Assembly: GCA_964609245.1 (NCBI GenBank)
Contig: CAZSSB010000011.1
Coordinates: forward strand, 6,000 to 69,999
Source: an uncultured Planctomycetales bacterium
GTDB lineage: Bacteria > 4484-113 > JAFGCY01
Direction: 5' to 3'
DNA: 64,000 nucleotides
The notes under the pieces were generated by a model. The model was not told the DNA's origin. It was given only the letters and a program-made list of their open reading frames with translations, and did not search any database. Position numbers and translations under genes: made by a program. Below, piece after piece: positions 18,884-27,506 of the stretch (position 1 is the stretch's first letter; each line of letters starts with the position of its first letter).

Positions 18884-19132
18884 CTACCCGCGCGTGCGCG
18901 CAGCCCGATGGGCAGCGATTGCCGCCGTGATCGCGGCGATTTGCCTGCTTCTTCTTGCTTCCAGACCAGCCTGCTGCACTGTCTGAGGCGCGGAGGCCAG
19001 GGCGGCCACCTCGCCGGCGGTCTCTCTCGCCAGAATCCTGGAACAGACGTGGATTACGGCGATGAGGAGGGTCAGGAAGACGAAGACAACACTCATGCCC
19101 AAGAGCGCAAGAACCGTACCAGCACCCAGCAT
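18884..19132 (-). CDS. oadG: Decarboxylase gamma subunit (OadG-like small membrane protein)
   Basis: 82 aa with a single N-terminal TM helix (GTVLALLGMSVVFVFLTLLIAVI). Its position directly upstream of oadA is typical of oadGAB. Competing overlapping ORFs were rejected. Confidence 0.65.
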   Translation of the reverse strand: MLGAGTVLALLGMSVVFVFLTLLIAVIHVCSRILARETAGEVAALASAPQTVQQAGLEARRSRQIAAITAAIAAHRAARTRG

Positions 19133-19287
19133 CTGCCTGCTTACACTCCTGCTTCCGCGTTAATACCTGCTCTCGGGACAATGGATGGATACCATGATCC
19201 CGCCCATATTCATGTGCCAACTTGTGGCGTTTGCGATGCGGCAATTATAGCGTAGGCAGGTTCCGGTCTCGATCATTCAGCGGTTCT

Positions 19288-19307
19288 CTGGTCACGGCGG
19301 TGACCAG
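19288..19307 (+). promoter_or_regulatory. Perfect 8-bp/4-nt-loop inverted repeat abutting the GT9 start codon
   Basis: The sequence CTGGTCAC-GGCG-GTGACCAG ends 1 nt before the ATG at 19308. No Shine-Dalgarno sequence is visible. Confidence 0.3.
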
Positions 19308-20408
19308 ATGACTGACTGCGGTGGGGGAGAAGCCCGCAGGGCTATAATACAGCCCTTGCGGGCACTCAGGGCAAAACGTGTCGTAATCGTCGACTGGTCC
19401 ATGATCGGGGACCTCATTATGCTCAGTCCCTGTGTGAGAGCGATTCGGCTGCACTTCCCCGAAGCTCATCTGGCCATCCTGGGTCAGCCGATCAGCATTG
19501 CCACCTACAAGCACCACCCGGATGTCAACGAACTGATTCCCTATGACCGGTCGCAAGGCGACTATGATATCCAGTCGTTTCGCAAGGCCGTTCGACTGCT
19601 GCGCGGATCGCGCTTCGACCTCGGTTTCGTGTTCCACAACAGTATCGGCAGCGCTCTTATGACGTTCATGGGCCGGGTGCGACAACGGGTTGGCTACCGA
19701 TACGAGGGCCGCGATCTGCTGCTGACACATCGATTCCGCCTGCCGGAGCGGCGTCAGCATTTGATTGAGACCAAGGCCGATCTACTGCGATCGTGCGGAA
19801 TCACCGTGGATGATCTCGGCGAGCGGGTCTTCATCGACGAGGGAAGCGCGCGGCGGTGGGTGCACGAGACGCTGGGGCCGAACTTCGGACGCAACCGTCC
19901 GGTGATTGCCGTCAGCATCGGCGCCACCAAGGACTTCAAGCACTGGTCAGCGGCAGGACTGCATGCCTTTCTAAACCGCTTCCCGGTCAACAGCGCGGAC
20001 TTCGTGTTCCTGGGTGCGCCGGCGGAGCGGCGGCTCTATGAGGGCGTGTACAGCTACAACAACACCGTGGTCGATCTGGTGGGCCAGACGACAGTCGAAG
20101 AACTGACGTGGGCGATTGACCGTGCCGACCTGTTTGTCGGACCGGACAGCGGACCGATGCATCTGGCACTGGGCCGCAACACGCCCGTGGTGGCGCTCTT
20201 TGGGCCCACTGATCCGACACGCTGCGGACCGTACCAGAGCGACAGGGCGGTGGTCGTCCGCGCGGAGCGTATCTGCCCGCGCTGCGAAGTGCAGTACGGC
20301 AAGAACATCAGGCAGTGTCTGCATACCGTGGACCCGGAAGAGGCTTACTGCGCCGCGATCGGGTTGCTCGCCCAGCATTGCTCCCGCTGGAGCATAGACA
20401 AGGCCTGA
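19308..20408 (+). CDS. Glycosyltransferase family 9 (LPS heptosyltransferase-like)
   Basis: N-terminal KRVVIVDWSMIGDLIMLSP and C-terminal GPDSGPMHLA motif, both typical of GT9. Confidence 0.8.
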   Translation: MTDCGGGEARRAIIQPLRALRAKRVVIVDWSMIGDLIMLSPCVRAIRLHFPEAHLAILGQPISIATYKHHPDVNELIPYDRSQGDYDIQSFRKAVRLLRGSRFDLGFVFHNSIGSALMTFMGRVRQRVGYRYEGRDLLLTHRFRLPERRQHLIETKADLLRSCGITVDDLGERVFIDEGSARRWVHETLGPNFGRNRPVIAVSIGATKDFKHWSAAGLHAFLNRFPVNSADFVFLGAPAERRLYEGVYSYNNTVVDLVGQTTVEELTWAIDRADLFVGPDSGPMHLALGRNTPVVALFGPTDPTRCGPYQSDRAVVVRAERICPRCEVQYGKNIRQCLHTVDPEEAYCAAIGLLAQHCSRWSIDKA

Positions 20409-20545
20409 GAGCCTGGGTCACATGCCGGGAAGCTCTCGTGTCTGGTGGTAGCATAACCGCAGCGGTATGGATAGAGCCTGGCTTTAACAGATTGCGTCGC
20501 CGGAGCGATGAAATAGCTAGCGGACCCGGCGAGGGTAAGTTGTAA

Positions 20546-21592
20546 ATGCCGAATCGAAACCCAACCAGGACACCCGCAGGCTTGCCGATCCTGCTGGCGG
20601 TGATGGTGCTGCTGCTGCCGGCGAGCCCGGCCAACTCCGCGCCTTGCACGCTCGACATCGGCAGTCCGGCGCCGCTGCTGAGCGGCGTGGACATCCTCGG
20701 TCACTCCCAGGAGCTGACGGAACTGCGTGGCAAGTGGGTCTACATCGACTTCTGGGCAACGTGGTGCAAGCCCTGCCTGCGCAAGCTACCCGGTGTGGTG
20801 GATCTGCAGGAGGAGATGGGGCAGCGGTCGGACTTCACGGTGCTCTCGGTGAGCCTCGATCAGGCCGAGTCGGAGGACAAGATCCGTGAAGTGGCCGACG
20901 AGTACGGCGTGCGCTTCCCGGTAGTCTACGATGGCGACGGCTGGCTCAGCGACAACGCCCGCAACTGGTGCGTCGACGCCATCCCGGCCACTTTCCTGGT
21001 TGATCCGCAGGGCCGGTTGGTGGCCCGTGACCTGTCGACCGAACAAGCCCGCCAGATGGTCGCGGGCGCGGACAGCCCCAGCTATCGCCCGTTGATGGTC
21101 GCCGTCACCGAGGCGTTGCTGCCTGACTCACGGACCACCGGCCTGGATACCATGCGTGACCTCCAGCTGACCGTCGACATGCTGCCCGGCAGCCCGGCCG
21201 TCAACAGCTACCAGCTGCAGGTGATGTTCGTGCGCGAGCCAGGCGCCGCCGAGGCGGAGTTGCTGGCTTACGCCATGGACGTCTGGCTGGCGCCGACGGC
21301 CAGTTCTGAGCCATCCCGCATCGACTTGAGGCCACTGCAGGCCGAGAACGGCGACAGCGCCTGGGCCAGTATCGCGCCCAACCAGTCAGTGATCACAATC
21401 GATCCGCGGAGCCACCCCAGCATCTCAGCTGCAGTGGATCCTGCAACCAGAACCTACAGCTTCCTGCTGCCGCTGCCCAGCAGCTGCACGGAGATTGCGT
21501 ACCGCCTGTCGTTGTTCAATGAGACGCTTGGCCAGTACGTCAGCAATGGTGTAAGGCGCACTCGGCTGGCACCCGGTTCCTCTGCCTACTAG
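20546..21592 (+). CDS. TlpA-like thiol:disulfide oxidoreductase with uncharacterised C-terminal domain
   Basis: Signal peptide and thioredoxin-fold motif FWATWCKPC. The C-terminal ~170 aa carry no recognisable motif. Confidence 0.75.
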   Translation: MPNRNPTRTPAGLPILLAVMVLLLPASPANSAPCTLDIGSPAPLLSGVDILGHSQELTELRGKWVYIDFWATWCKPCLRKLPGVVDLQEEMGQRSDFTVLSVSLDQAESEDKIREVADEYGVRFPVVYDGDGWLSDNARNWCVDAIPATFLVDPQGRLVARDLSTEQARQMVAGADSPSYRPLMVAVTEALLPDSRTTGLDTMRDLQLTVDMLPGSPAVNSYQLQVMFVREPGAAEAELLAYAMDVWLAPTASSEPSRIDLRPLQAENGDSAWASIAPNQSVITIDPRSHPSISAAVDPATRTYSFLLPLPSSCTEIAYRLSLFNETLGQYVSNGVRRTRLAPGSSAY

Positions 21593-21615
21593 CCACCTAC
21601 AGCGGGAGGTACCCC

Positions 21616-22260
21616 ATGGCACACGATTGGATCTCCCCCAGCCGGCTGTGGCTGGTTCTGGACCGCCACGCCGCTGAGCCACGGACGCTGCCGGAAGTGA
21701 CCCGGCTGGCGGTCTCGGGAGGGGTCGATGCCGTGCTGTGTCGAATCAAGGATGCCCCGGAGGCGGATGTAGCGCGGCTGGCGTCGGAAGTGCGTGAAGC
21801 TTGCCGCGAACTCCGCGTGCCCTTCGTGATGAGTCATTTCCCGGACCTCGCCGTCAGTCTGGAAGCCGATGCGATCCAGTTGGGCATCGCCGATCCGCCC
21901 ATCCAAGAAGTGCGCCAGCTGATCGGCTCCTCGCTGGCGGTCGGCTTCTCGACGCACGGGGTAGGGGAGGCACAGGACTGCCTTGCCGCCGGTGCGGACT
22001 ACGTCTTTGTCGGCCCGGTCTTCCCCACGCCTGAGAAGCTGAAGTACGGCCCGCCACTGGGACTTGGCGTCGTCCCCGACGCCGCCGCGCTGCCTGGACC
22101 GGTGGTTTTCATCGGCGGCATCAACTTGGCCAACGCCAGTTCGATCGTCCAGGCGGGCGGCCTGCGCGTCGCTGCCATCGGAGCTTTGCAGCGTGTCGCT
22201 GACCCGCGTGCGGCCGCAATGGCGCTAGCCGCCGAACTCGGTTCGGGCCGACTCCCGTGA
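21616..22260 (+). CDS. thiE: Thiamine-phosphate synthase
   Basis: ThiE-like pattern: GGVDAVLCRIKD, ADAIQLG, GFSTH, GADYVFVGPVFPT and FIGGI. Confidence 0.8.
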   Translation: MAHDWISPSRLWLVLDRHAAEPRTLPEVTRLAVSGGVDAVLCRIKDAPEADVARLASEVREACRELRVPFVMSHFPDLAVSLEADAIQLGIADPPIQEVRQLIGSSLAVGFSTHGVGEAQDCLAAGADYVFVGPVFPTPEKLKYGPPLGLGVVPDAAALPGPVVFIGGINLANASSIVQAGGLRVAAIGALQRVADPRAAAMALAAELGSGRLP

Positions 22261-22277
22261 ACCGCTCTCAGCACGCG

Positions 22278-23153
22278 TCAGTGACGCTTCAGCGTTGCGA
22301 AGGCGCTCGCGAAGCCGCTGGCCACCAGCTTGGCCTGCAGCGCCTCCGCGTCTTCGTAGCTATCCAGTGTGGCAACGTGCACCAAATACTCGAGCTCCAT
22401 CTCGACAATCGTGCCCTGGAGGCCCAGCGGCGCCAGACCAGCCCTGGCGGTCTCCGCGCCCTCCCTGGAAGTGAAGCTGCCTGCGTATACCTTGAAGACC
22501 GGTCCGCTACCTCCCGACCCGTCCTCAGCCACATCCTCTGCATCTTCGGCAACGCCCTCGGACTCACTGTCCCGCTCTTGCTCAGGCGCAGCCGCCGGTG
22601 CTTCCGCTTCTTCCGGCGCCGCAACTCCGGAGTTCCCCGTCTCAGCTGGGGAAGTCTCTTCCGCCGGTTCCTCGGAGGGAGGGGTAGGGGTGTCCTGCCC
22701 CGCTACGTCACCATCGCTGGCTGCGCTCCCACTCTCTGCTTCCTCCGCACTGCCAGCCTCAGCCATAGCTGATCCGTCCTGCCCAGTACCGCCCTCCACC
22801 TCCACGCTCACACCTGCCATCGACGGGCTGTAATCCACGTTGCTGAGATCACCAATCTCAGCATCCCCGGCCTGCTCCGCGCCCCCGTCCACGCTGCCCG
22901 GCGTCTCCTCTGCCCCCGGGCTGCCGCTGCCCAGCAGCTGCTCCTGCTCCAGATCTCTCTTTTCGTCCGCCAGGTCCGCCGCCGTCCGCGGCTGCCGGCT
23001 CGGCTGCAGGATGTGCACGTAGCCCAGATACCCCAGTACACCGCCCACAACAGCAACCAATACGCATCCGATCACAAGCGAGCTATACCGGCGGTATCTG
23101 CTGTCGCGCTCGCGCTTTCTCAGGTAGAAGTCCGGATAGTACTTCTCGGCCAT
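22278..23153 (-). CDS. SPOR domain protein with N-terminal TM anchor and acidic linker
   Basis: One TM helix (VIGCVLVAVVGGVLGYLGYV) and an E/A/G/S-rich linker. The C-terminal SPOR-like ~75 aa read FKVYAGSFTSREGAETARAGL...VASGF. Confidence 0.75.
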   Translation of the reverse strand: MAEKYYPDFYLRKRERDSRYRRYSSLVIGCVLVAVVGGVLGYLGYVHILQPSRQPRTAADLADEKRDLEQEQLLGSGSPGAEETPGSVDGGAEQAGDAEIGDLSNVDYSPSMAGVSVEVEGGTGQDGSAMAEAGSAEEAESGSAASDGDVAGQDTPTPPSEEPAEETSPAETGNSGVAAPEEAEAPAAAPEQERDSESEGVAEDAEDVAEDGSGGSGPVFKVYAGSFTSREGAETARAGLAPLGLQGTIVEMELEYLVHVATLDSYEDAEALQAKLVASGFASAFATLKRH

Positions 23154-23456
23154 CTTTGGCCTCCCTAGAGCTTCATCTCACCCCCGGACGGCATCCCACC
23201 GCCCTTACGCTGCATAATAACACACATCTACGTCCATTACCGGCCCCGCGCAGCTTCTTCCTTCGCCGGAAGGGCACAGCACCACACACACCAGCTTGAT
23301 TCGAGACGATTCCCATAAGGGTGATTATGTTGCAATCATCGATTTGCCCGCTGCCAAGTGGCGTTCTGCCGATCTCCGGCGGCGACAGCGATGCTCGACG
23401 GTGGGTCATGCTATACTCGCAGCAACCGCCGCGCGCGGCTGAAACTGGAGCAGAGA

Positions 23457-23693
23457 ATGCATACAGGCATAGGGATGGTGCCGCTGGGCATCATGTTCGG
23501 GCTGGGTCCGCAGGAGTTGATCATCATCCTGGTGATCGTGCTGGTTCTGTTCGGTGCGACTAAGGTTCCGCAGCTGATGAGGGGGCTTGGACAAGGAGTG
23601 AGGGAGTTCAAGGATGCGGTTAGCACCTCGGACGACGAGACGGAGAATGCGCAGCCGGCCGAGACCAAGACCGAGGAGCCGCCCGCGCAGTAG
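23457..23693 (+). CDS. tatA: Sec-independent translocase subunit TatA/E
   Basis: Motif GPQELIIILVIVLVLFGATKVPQLMRGLGQGVREFKDA. GGAG lies 7 nt upstream of the ATG at 23457. Alternative in-frame ATGs at 23475 and 23493 are possible. Confidence 0.85.
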   Translation: MHTGIGMVPLGIMFGLGPQELIIILVIVLVLFGATKVPQLMRGLGQGVREFKDAVSTSDDETENAQPAETKTEEPPAQ

Positions 23694-23707
23694 TCCGGCG
23701 ATGGGGG

Positions 23708-23735
23708 TTGACATCGGCGGGGATCAGTGTAAAAT
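23708..23735 (+). promoter_or_regulatory. Candidate promoter dedicated to the 5S rRNA gene
   Basis: TTGACA (23708-13), a 16-nt spacer, then TAAAAT (23730-35). The predicted transcription start coincides with the 5' end of the 5S helix I. Confidence 0.5.
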
Positions 23736-23740
23736 ACGCG

Positions 23741-23859
23741 GCCCTGGTGTTAATAGCGTGAGGGTCACACCCGGTACCATCCCGAACCCGGTCGTTAAGC
23801 CTCACAGCGCCGATGATACTGCGGGGGCGACCCCGTGGGAAAGTAGGACAGCGCCAGGA
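23741..23859 (+). rRNA. rrf: 5S ribosomal RNA (stand-alone)
   Basis: Conserved 5S blocks CCCGGTACCATCCCGAACCCGG, GTTAAGC, AGCGCCGATGATACTG and GGGAAAGTAGGAC. The termini CCTGGTG/CGCCAGG pair as helix I. A T7 run follows at 23860-66. Confidence 0.85.
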
Positions 23860-23870
23860 TTTTTTTCGCC

Positions 23871-24968
23871 CTATTCCGCTGGACCGAGGATCAACAACCG
23901 CGCCAGGTCCAGGTCGAGCTGGTAGTCATAGTCGCACAACAGGCCGGAGCCGACAATCCCGCCCACGCCGTAGCCGCTGAGTTCCACATAGCGATCCGGG
24001 TAAACGACTGCATGCACCGCACCGAGATCGATGGGCGCAGGGCTGGCCCAGGTCAGCGATTCATAAGCCGGCAGCGTGGCCTGGCGCATGCGTAGCTCCT
24101 GATACTCGCAGTCGCCGCGCCACCCGCCGAAGGCGCTGGCACCCTCCCCCGCGCTGAACGCATCGGGGTGAGCGGCCGCTACACGCTTCAGCACTCCCAG
24201 TTCACCAGAGAAGCCTGTGTCAATGTGGAACCAGTACTGCTGGCCAGCGATATTCAGCGGCAAAAACACACCGCGCGGCAGCACCAGTAGCGGCAGAACG
24301 ATGGAACCACTCGGCGGCATGTACTCGGAGCGGTCGAGCAGCCTGATCTCGTGCCTGGTGTTGCTGACCTCGATCACGTAGTCGCGCAGCAGGTATGGCG
24401 AAAACGCGCCGGCGTAGTCCCTGCTTAGCTCCTGCTGTGGGATGTAGTACCTGAACGGGACGTCTCGCAGATGGACGCTGCCCAGGCTCAGCGCACCGAC
24501 CCACAGATAGCTAAGCTCAACGCCGTCATCGATGGTCGTCTTGCTCTCAAGCCTGGCAACCGCCGTCGCGCTAACGGTCCTGTCTCCGCTCGGCGGCGGC
24601 CAGCCTCCGGACTCGGAATAAACACATGTATAGGTTCCGGTGTCAAACAACAGCGGGTAGACCGTGTCACCGATCCTGACCTTGACCGTCGGCCTCGTCG
24701 GATGCTCGAAGGGGATTACTGCCGGGCCGAAGACCCGCACCGGAGCGCGGCGGTTGAAGTAGTAACGCGCCAGATCCCTGGCCGTCTCGTCCATTCCGGC
24801 CAGCCAGGGGCGCGAATCACCTCCGTCCTCGCCTTCCCCTGCCCCATCGGCGATGGTTGCCGCTGGCAGTGCAAGACACAGCGGCAGTGCGGCGGCGGCG
24901 ATTGCAGCCCACGCTCGAAGATGGGTGATGCCACTCAACGATTCCTGCCCTCCAGGTGGACAATGCAC
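23871..24968 (-). CDS. Secreted two-domain retropepsin-like aspartic protease
   Basis: Signal peptide and two Asp-protease signatures (LLFDTGTYT and FHIDTGFSG) about 150 aa apart. This suggests a fused pseudo-dimer of retropepsin-like domains. Confidence 0.65.
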   Translation of the reverse strand: MHCPPGGQESLSGITHLRAWAAIAAAALPLCLALPAATIADGAGEGEDGGDSRPWLAGMDETARDLARYYFNRRAPVRVFGPAVIPFEHPTRPTVKVRIGDTVYPLLFDTGTYTCVYSESGGWPPPSGDRTVSATAVARLESKTTIDDGVELSYLWVGALSLGSVHLRDVPFRYYIPQQELSRDYAGAFSPYLLRDYVIEVSNTRHEIRLLDRSEYMPPSGSIVLPLLVLPRGVFLPLNIAGQQYWFHIDTGFSGELGVLKRVAAAHPDAFSAGEGASAFGGWRGDCEYQELRMRQATLPAYESLTWASPAPIDLGAVHAVVYPDRYVELSGYGVGGIVGSGLLCDYDYQLDLDLARLLILGPAE

Positions 24969-25414
24969 TGCCCGGCACTGTTGGATGTCACCTGCACACG
25001 CAGGATCGCGAAGCCGTCGCCCCCTCCCGCGTACTCAACGCCCTCGAGGATTCTGCTGGGATTGTCGTCTGTCGTGTAGCCCAGCCGATCCAGTTCACCG
25101 AGCATCCACAGCGTGGTCTGCTCGACATCCCAGCTCGACAGGGCGGTGAGCTGGACATCGGTCTGCCCCGCGGCGGACGTATACTCCAGCACCGCGAATG
25201 ACTGGTTCAGCGGCAGCGCCTCACTAACCTTGCGTGGCACGCTGATCGGTGTCGCGGGCGGCTCGACTCTGTCCCCGGCAGCAAGCTCGTGAGACGTCTC
25301 TATCTGGCTGTCACGCCATTCCGCCATCTGAGGGCAAGCCGAGGCGAGCATTCCGCCGGCCAGCAGCAGTACGGCAAGCAGGCTACTCCTCGATGTCCTC
25401 CATGGTGTCGCCAT
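24935..25414 (-). CDS. Hypothetical lipoprotein
   Basis: The internal ATG at 25414 gives MATPWRTSRSSLLAVLLLAGGMLASAC (lipobox LASAC). The 3' end overlaps the protease start by 34 nt. Confidence 0.5.
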   Translation of the reverse strand: MATPWRTSRSSLLAVLLLAGGMLASACPQMAEWRDSQIETSHELAAGDRVEPPATPISVPRKVSEALPLNQSFAVLEYTSAAGQTDVQLTALSSWDVEQTTLWMLGELDRLGYTTDDNPSRILEGVEYAGGGDGFAILRVQVTSNSAGQCIVHLEGRNR

Positions 25415-25607
25415 CTTCTTCCTCTTCGGCCGAGGCTGACTCGCCTGTGTCCATGTCAGCATCGCCGACCGTACCCCCCGCCATCTGCTCAGCAATGCCC
25501 ACCGCGCCCTGGCCACTCTGCTCAGTCTCATCCGCGGTCTCCTTGGCCAGATCACAGCTGGCGCCCAGCAGCAGCAGTCCCGCCATCAGCCCTATCAACC
25601 AGTTCAC
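25383..25607 (-). CDS. Small acidic lipoprotein (~75 aa)
   Basis: GTG start preceded by GGAGG + 6 nt. The N-terminus (M)NWLIGLMAGLLLLGASC carries a lipobox, followed by a D/E-rich tail. Confidence 0.45.
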   Translation of the reverse strand: MNWLIGLMAGLLLLGASCDLAKETADETEQSGQGAVGIAEQMAGGTVGDADMDTGESASAEEEEDGDTMEDIEE

Positions 25608-25691
25608 ATCGCACCTCCACAGTGTACGCGACCATTCTAACCTCTGCCCCGATGTTCGCCTGGCCTCGGCGACCCGGATTCTCGCGATTAG

Positions 25692-25720
25692 TTGACAGCC
25701 GGGCAGCCGGCCTGTATCTT
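25692..25720 (+). promoter_or_regulatory. Candidate promoter for the tRNA-Thr/tRNA-Tyr pair
   Basis: TTGACA, a 17-nt spacer, then TATCTT, about 20 nt upstream of tRNA-Thr. Confidence 0.5.
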
Positions 25721-25741
25721 TTACAGGCTTTAGCGTCACCG

Positions 25742-25814
25742 GCCGGCGTAGCTCAGTTGGCAGAGCAGCTGATTTGTAATCAGCAGGTCGTCCGTTCGAA
25801 TCGGATCGCCGGCT
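25742..25814 (+). tRNA. tRNA-Thr (anticodon UGU)
   Basis: The cloverleaf folds by hand: acceptor GCCGGCG/CGCCGGC, D arm GCTC/GAGC, anticodon stem GCTGA/TCAGC with loop TTTGTAA, and T loop TTCGAAT. Confidence 0.9.
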
Positions 25815-25854
25815 CTGCCTGAGCACTTCGGCCCGGTGGCTGATCAGACTCCGT

Positions 25855-25941
25855 GGAGGGGTGTCCGAGTGGCTAAAGGAGGCAGACTGTAAATCTGTTG
25901 GGCAGCGCCCTACGCTGGTTCGAATCCAGCCCCCTCCACCA
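25855..25941 (+). tRNA. tRNA-Tyr (anticodon GUA), long variable arm, CCA encoded
   Basis: Acceptor GGAGGGG/CCCCTCC, anticodon loop CTGTAAA, long variable arm, T loop TTCGAAT and terminal ACCA. Confidence 0.9.
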
Positions 25942-25997
25942 CCTGCGCCCCACCCGCTTGCCTTCCTTGGCGCGCCGGCAGTGACGCCGCATACGTC

Positions 25998-27506
25998 GTG
26001 CTAGAATCGAGCCCCGATCCCAGCAATACCACGGCACGGAGCAGAGCAGTGCGCATCAAGATCACCAGCACGTTACCGAAGTCCCTAAGGCCAGACGCAG
26101 TCTGCCGTTTCCACGAGTCGGGCAGAGGATATCAGCAGCCGCGGCACGACAAAGGGCTGCCTGACCCGCCGCCAGACGCGCCGTTCGTGATCGGCGCGGA
26201 GCGAAGCTGGCTGTCGTTCCGCTTCTACATCGAGAACTACGCAAGCTACGACACGCCCGAGGCTCGCCGCGTCGCCGGAGGCGTCTCCGTGCGCGAGCTG
26301 CGCCGGGCCAACGGCGCCAAACTGGTCTGGCTGCTTGACGGCCGCGTGTCACTCGAGCAGTTCAATCAGCTGGTTACCGGCGGCTTGCTGGCCAGCTACA
26401 CCTATGACGCCTACAAGTCCAAACCACGCTCCAACGCGGAACCTCAGCTGACAGTCGTGGCTGGCGGCAATGCACGTGCCTTCCGGGCCGAGGTGCGGCG
26501 GTTGCAGGCGATCGATGCCGGCGTGTGTACGGCGCGCGATCTGGGAAATGCCCCTGCCGGCGACCTGGTGCCCCTGGACCTGGCGGATTACGCTCGGCAG
26601 CTGGCCAAAGCCGAAGGACTGGCATTCAAGTCGATGTCCGCAAAGCAGCTCGAACGCGCCGGCTACATCGGCCTGACCAGCGTCGGTCGTGGCAGCGCCA
26701 ATCCACCGGTGATGTTCACCCTCACCCATACACCGGCCCGTCCGCGTCGGGGGGCGAAGCACCTGTGTCTGGTCGGCAAGGGCCTGTGCTTCGACGCCGG
26801 CGGCATCAACCTGAAGCCCTGGGACGGCATGTGGGACATGAAGGCCGACATGGGTGGCGCCGCGGCGGTGATCGGCGCCATGCAGGCGATTGCTCGGTTG
26901 AACCTGCCGGTCCCGGTCACGGCCGTGGTTGCTGCCGCTCAGAACATGCCCGATGGCAAGGCCTACCTGCCCAGCGACGTGCTGCGCTTCCGCAACGGCC
27001 GTACCGTTGAAATCCAGAATACGGATGCCGAGGGGCGACTAGCGCTGGCCGACGCACTGCTCTACGCGCAGAAGACGCTGCGGCAGCGGCGCATCGTCGA
27101 CTTCGCGACGCTGACCGGTGCTTCCGCTCGCGCGCTGGGCAACGTATACATCGGTCTCATGTCGCGCTCCCCTGAGCTGAAAGCCGCCGTACTGGCCGCC
27201 GCGGATGCCAGCGGTGAGTTGGCCTGGGAACTGCCGCTGCATCCCGAGTACCGCGAGCTGCTCAAGAGCACCATTGCCGACGTCCGTAACATCGGTGGGC
27301 CATTGGCGGGCGCCCAGACCGCGGCCTGGTTCCTGCACGAGTTCATCGACGGCGGCACCGAGTACGTCCACCTCGATATCGCCGGCACGTTCGTCGCCAA
27401 GAAGGAGGACAAGTACTGGGGGCAGGCGGGGATGACCGGCAGCGGTACGCGCCTGGCAGTGACCCTCGCCGAGCGCAGCGCCGGAATCGAGGCTACTGGT
27501 ACATAA
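25998..27506 (+). CDS. pepA: Leucyl aminopeptidase (M17 family)
   Basis: M17 motifs VGKGLCFDAGGINLKP and NTDAEGRLALAD. The start is uncertain: GTG at 25998, or an in-frame GTG at 26049 preceded by GGAG. Confidence 0.85.
   Translation: MLESSPDPSNTTARSRAVRIKITSTLPKSLRPDAVCRFHESGRGYQQPRHDKGLPDPPPDAPFVIGAERSWLSFRFYIENYASYDTPEARRVAGGVSVRELRRANGAKLVWLLDGRVSLEQFNQLVTGGLLASYTYDAYKSKPRSNAEPQLTVVAGGNARAFRAEVRRLQAIDAGVCTARDLGNAPAGDLVPLDLADYARQLAKAEGLAFKSMSAKQLERAGYIGLTSVGRGSANPPVMFTLTHTPARPRRGAKHLCLVGKGLCFDAGGINLKPWDGMWDMKADMGGAAAVIGAMQAIARLNLPVPVTAVVAAAQNMPDGKAYLPSDVLRFRNGRTVEIQNTDAEGRLALADALLYAQKTLRQRRIVDFATLTGASARALGNVYIGLMSRSPELKAAVLAAADASGELAWELPLHPEYRELLKSTIADVRNIGGPLAGAQTAAWFLHEFIDGGTEYVHLDIAGTFVAKKEDKYWGQAGMTGSGTRLAVTLAERSAGIEATGT

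Noticed and set aside
21593-21615. Possible TPP riboswitch upstream of thiE, and possible glycine riboswitch upstream of gcvT (10002-10003)
   Set aside because: The intergenic spacers are only 23 nt and 2 nt, which is too short to hold either aptamer. No conserved aptamer cores (e.g. CTGAGA for TPP) were seen nearby.
25608-25997. tRNA-Thr/tRNA-Tyr pair, and tRNA-Ala at 63573, as integration sites of a genomic island or prophage
   Set aside because: There is no integrase, excisionase or phage-like gene adjacent, and no duplicated tRNA 3' fragment. The flanking genes (pepA, lipoproteins, permease) look chromosomal.
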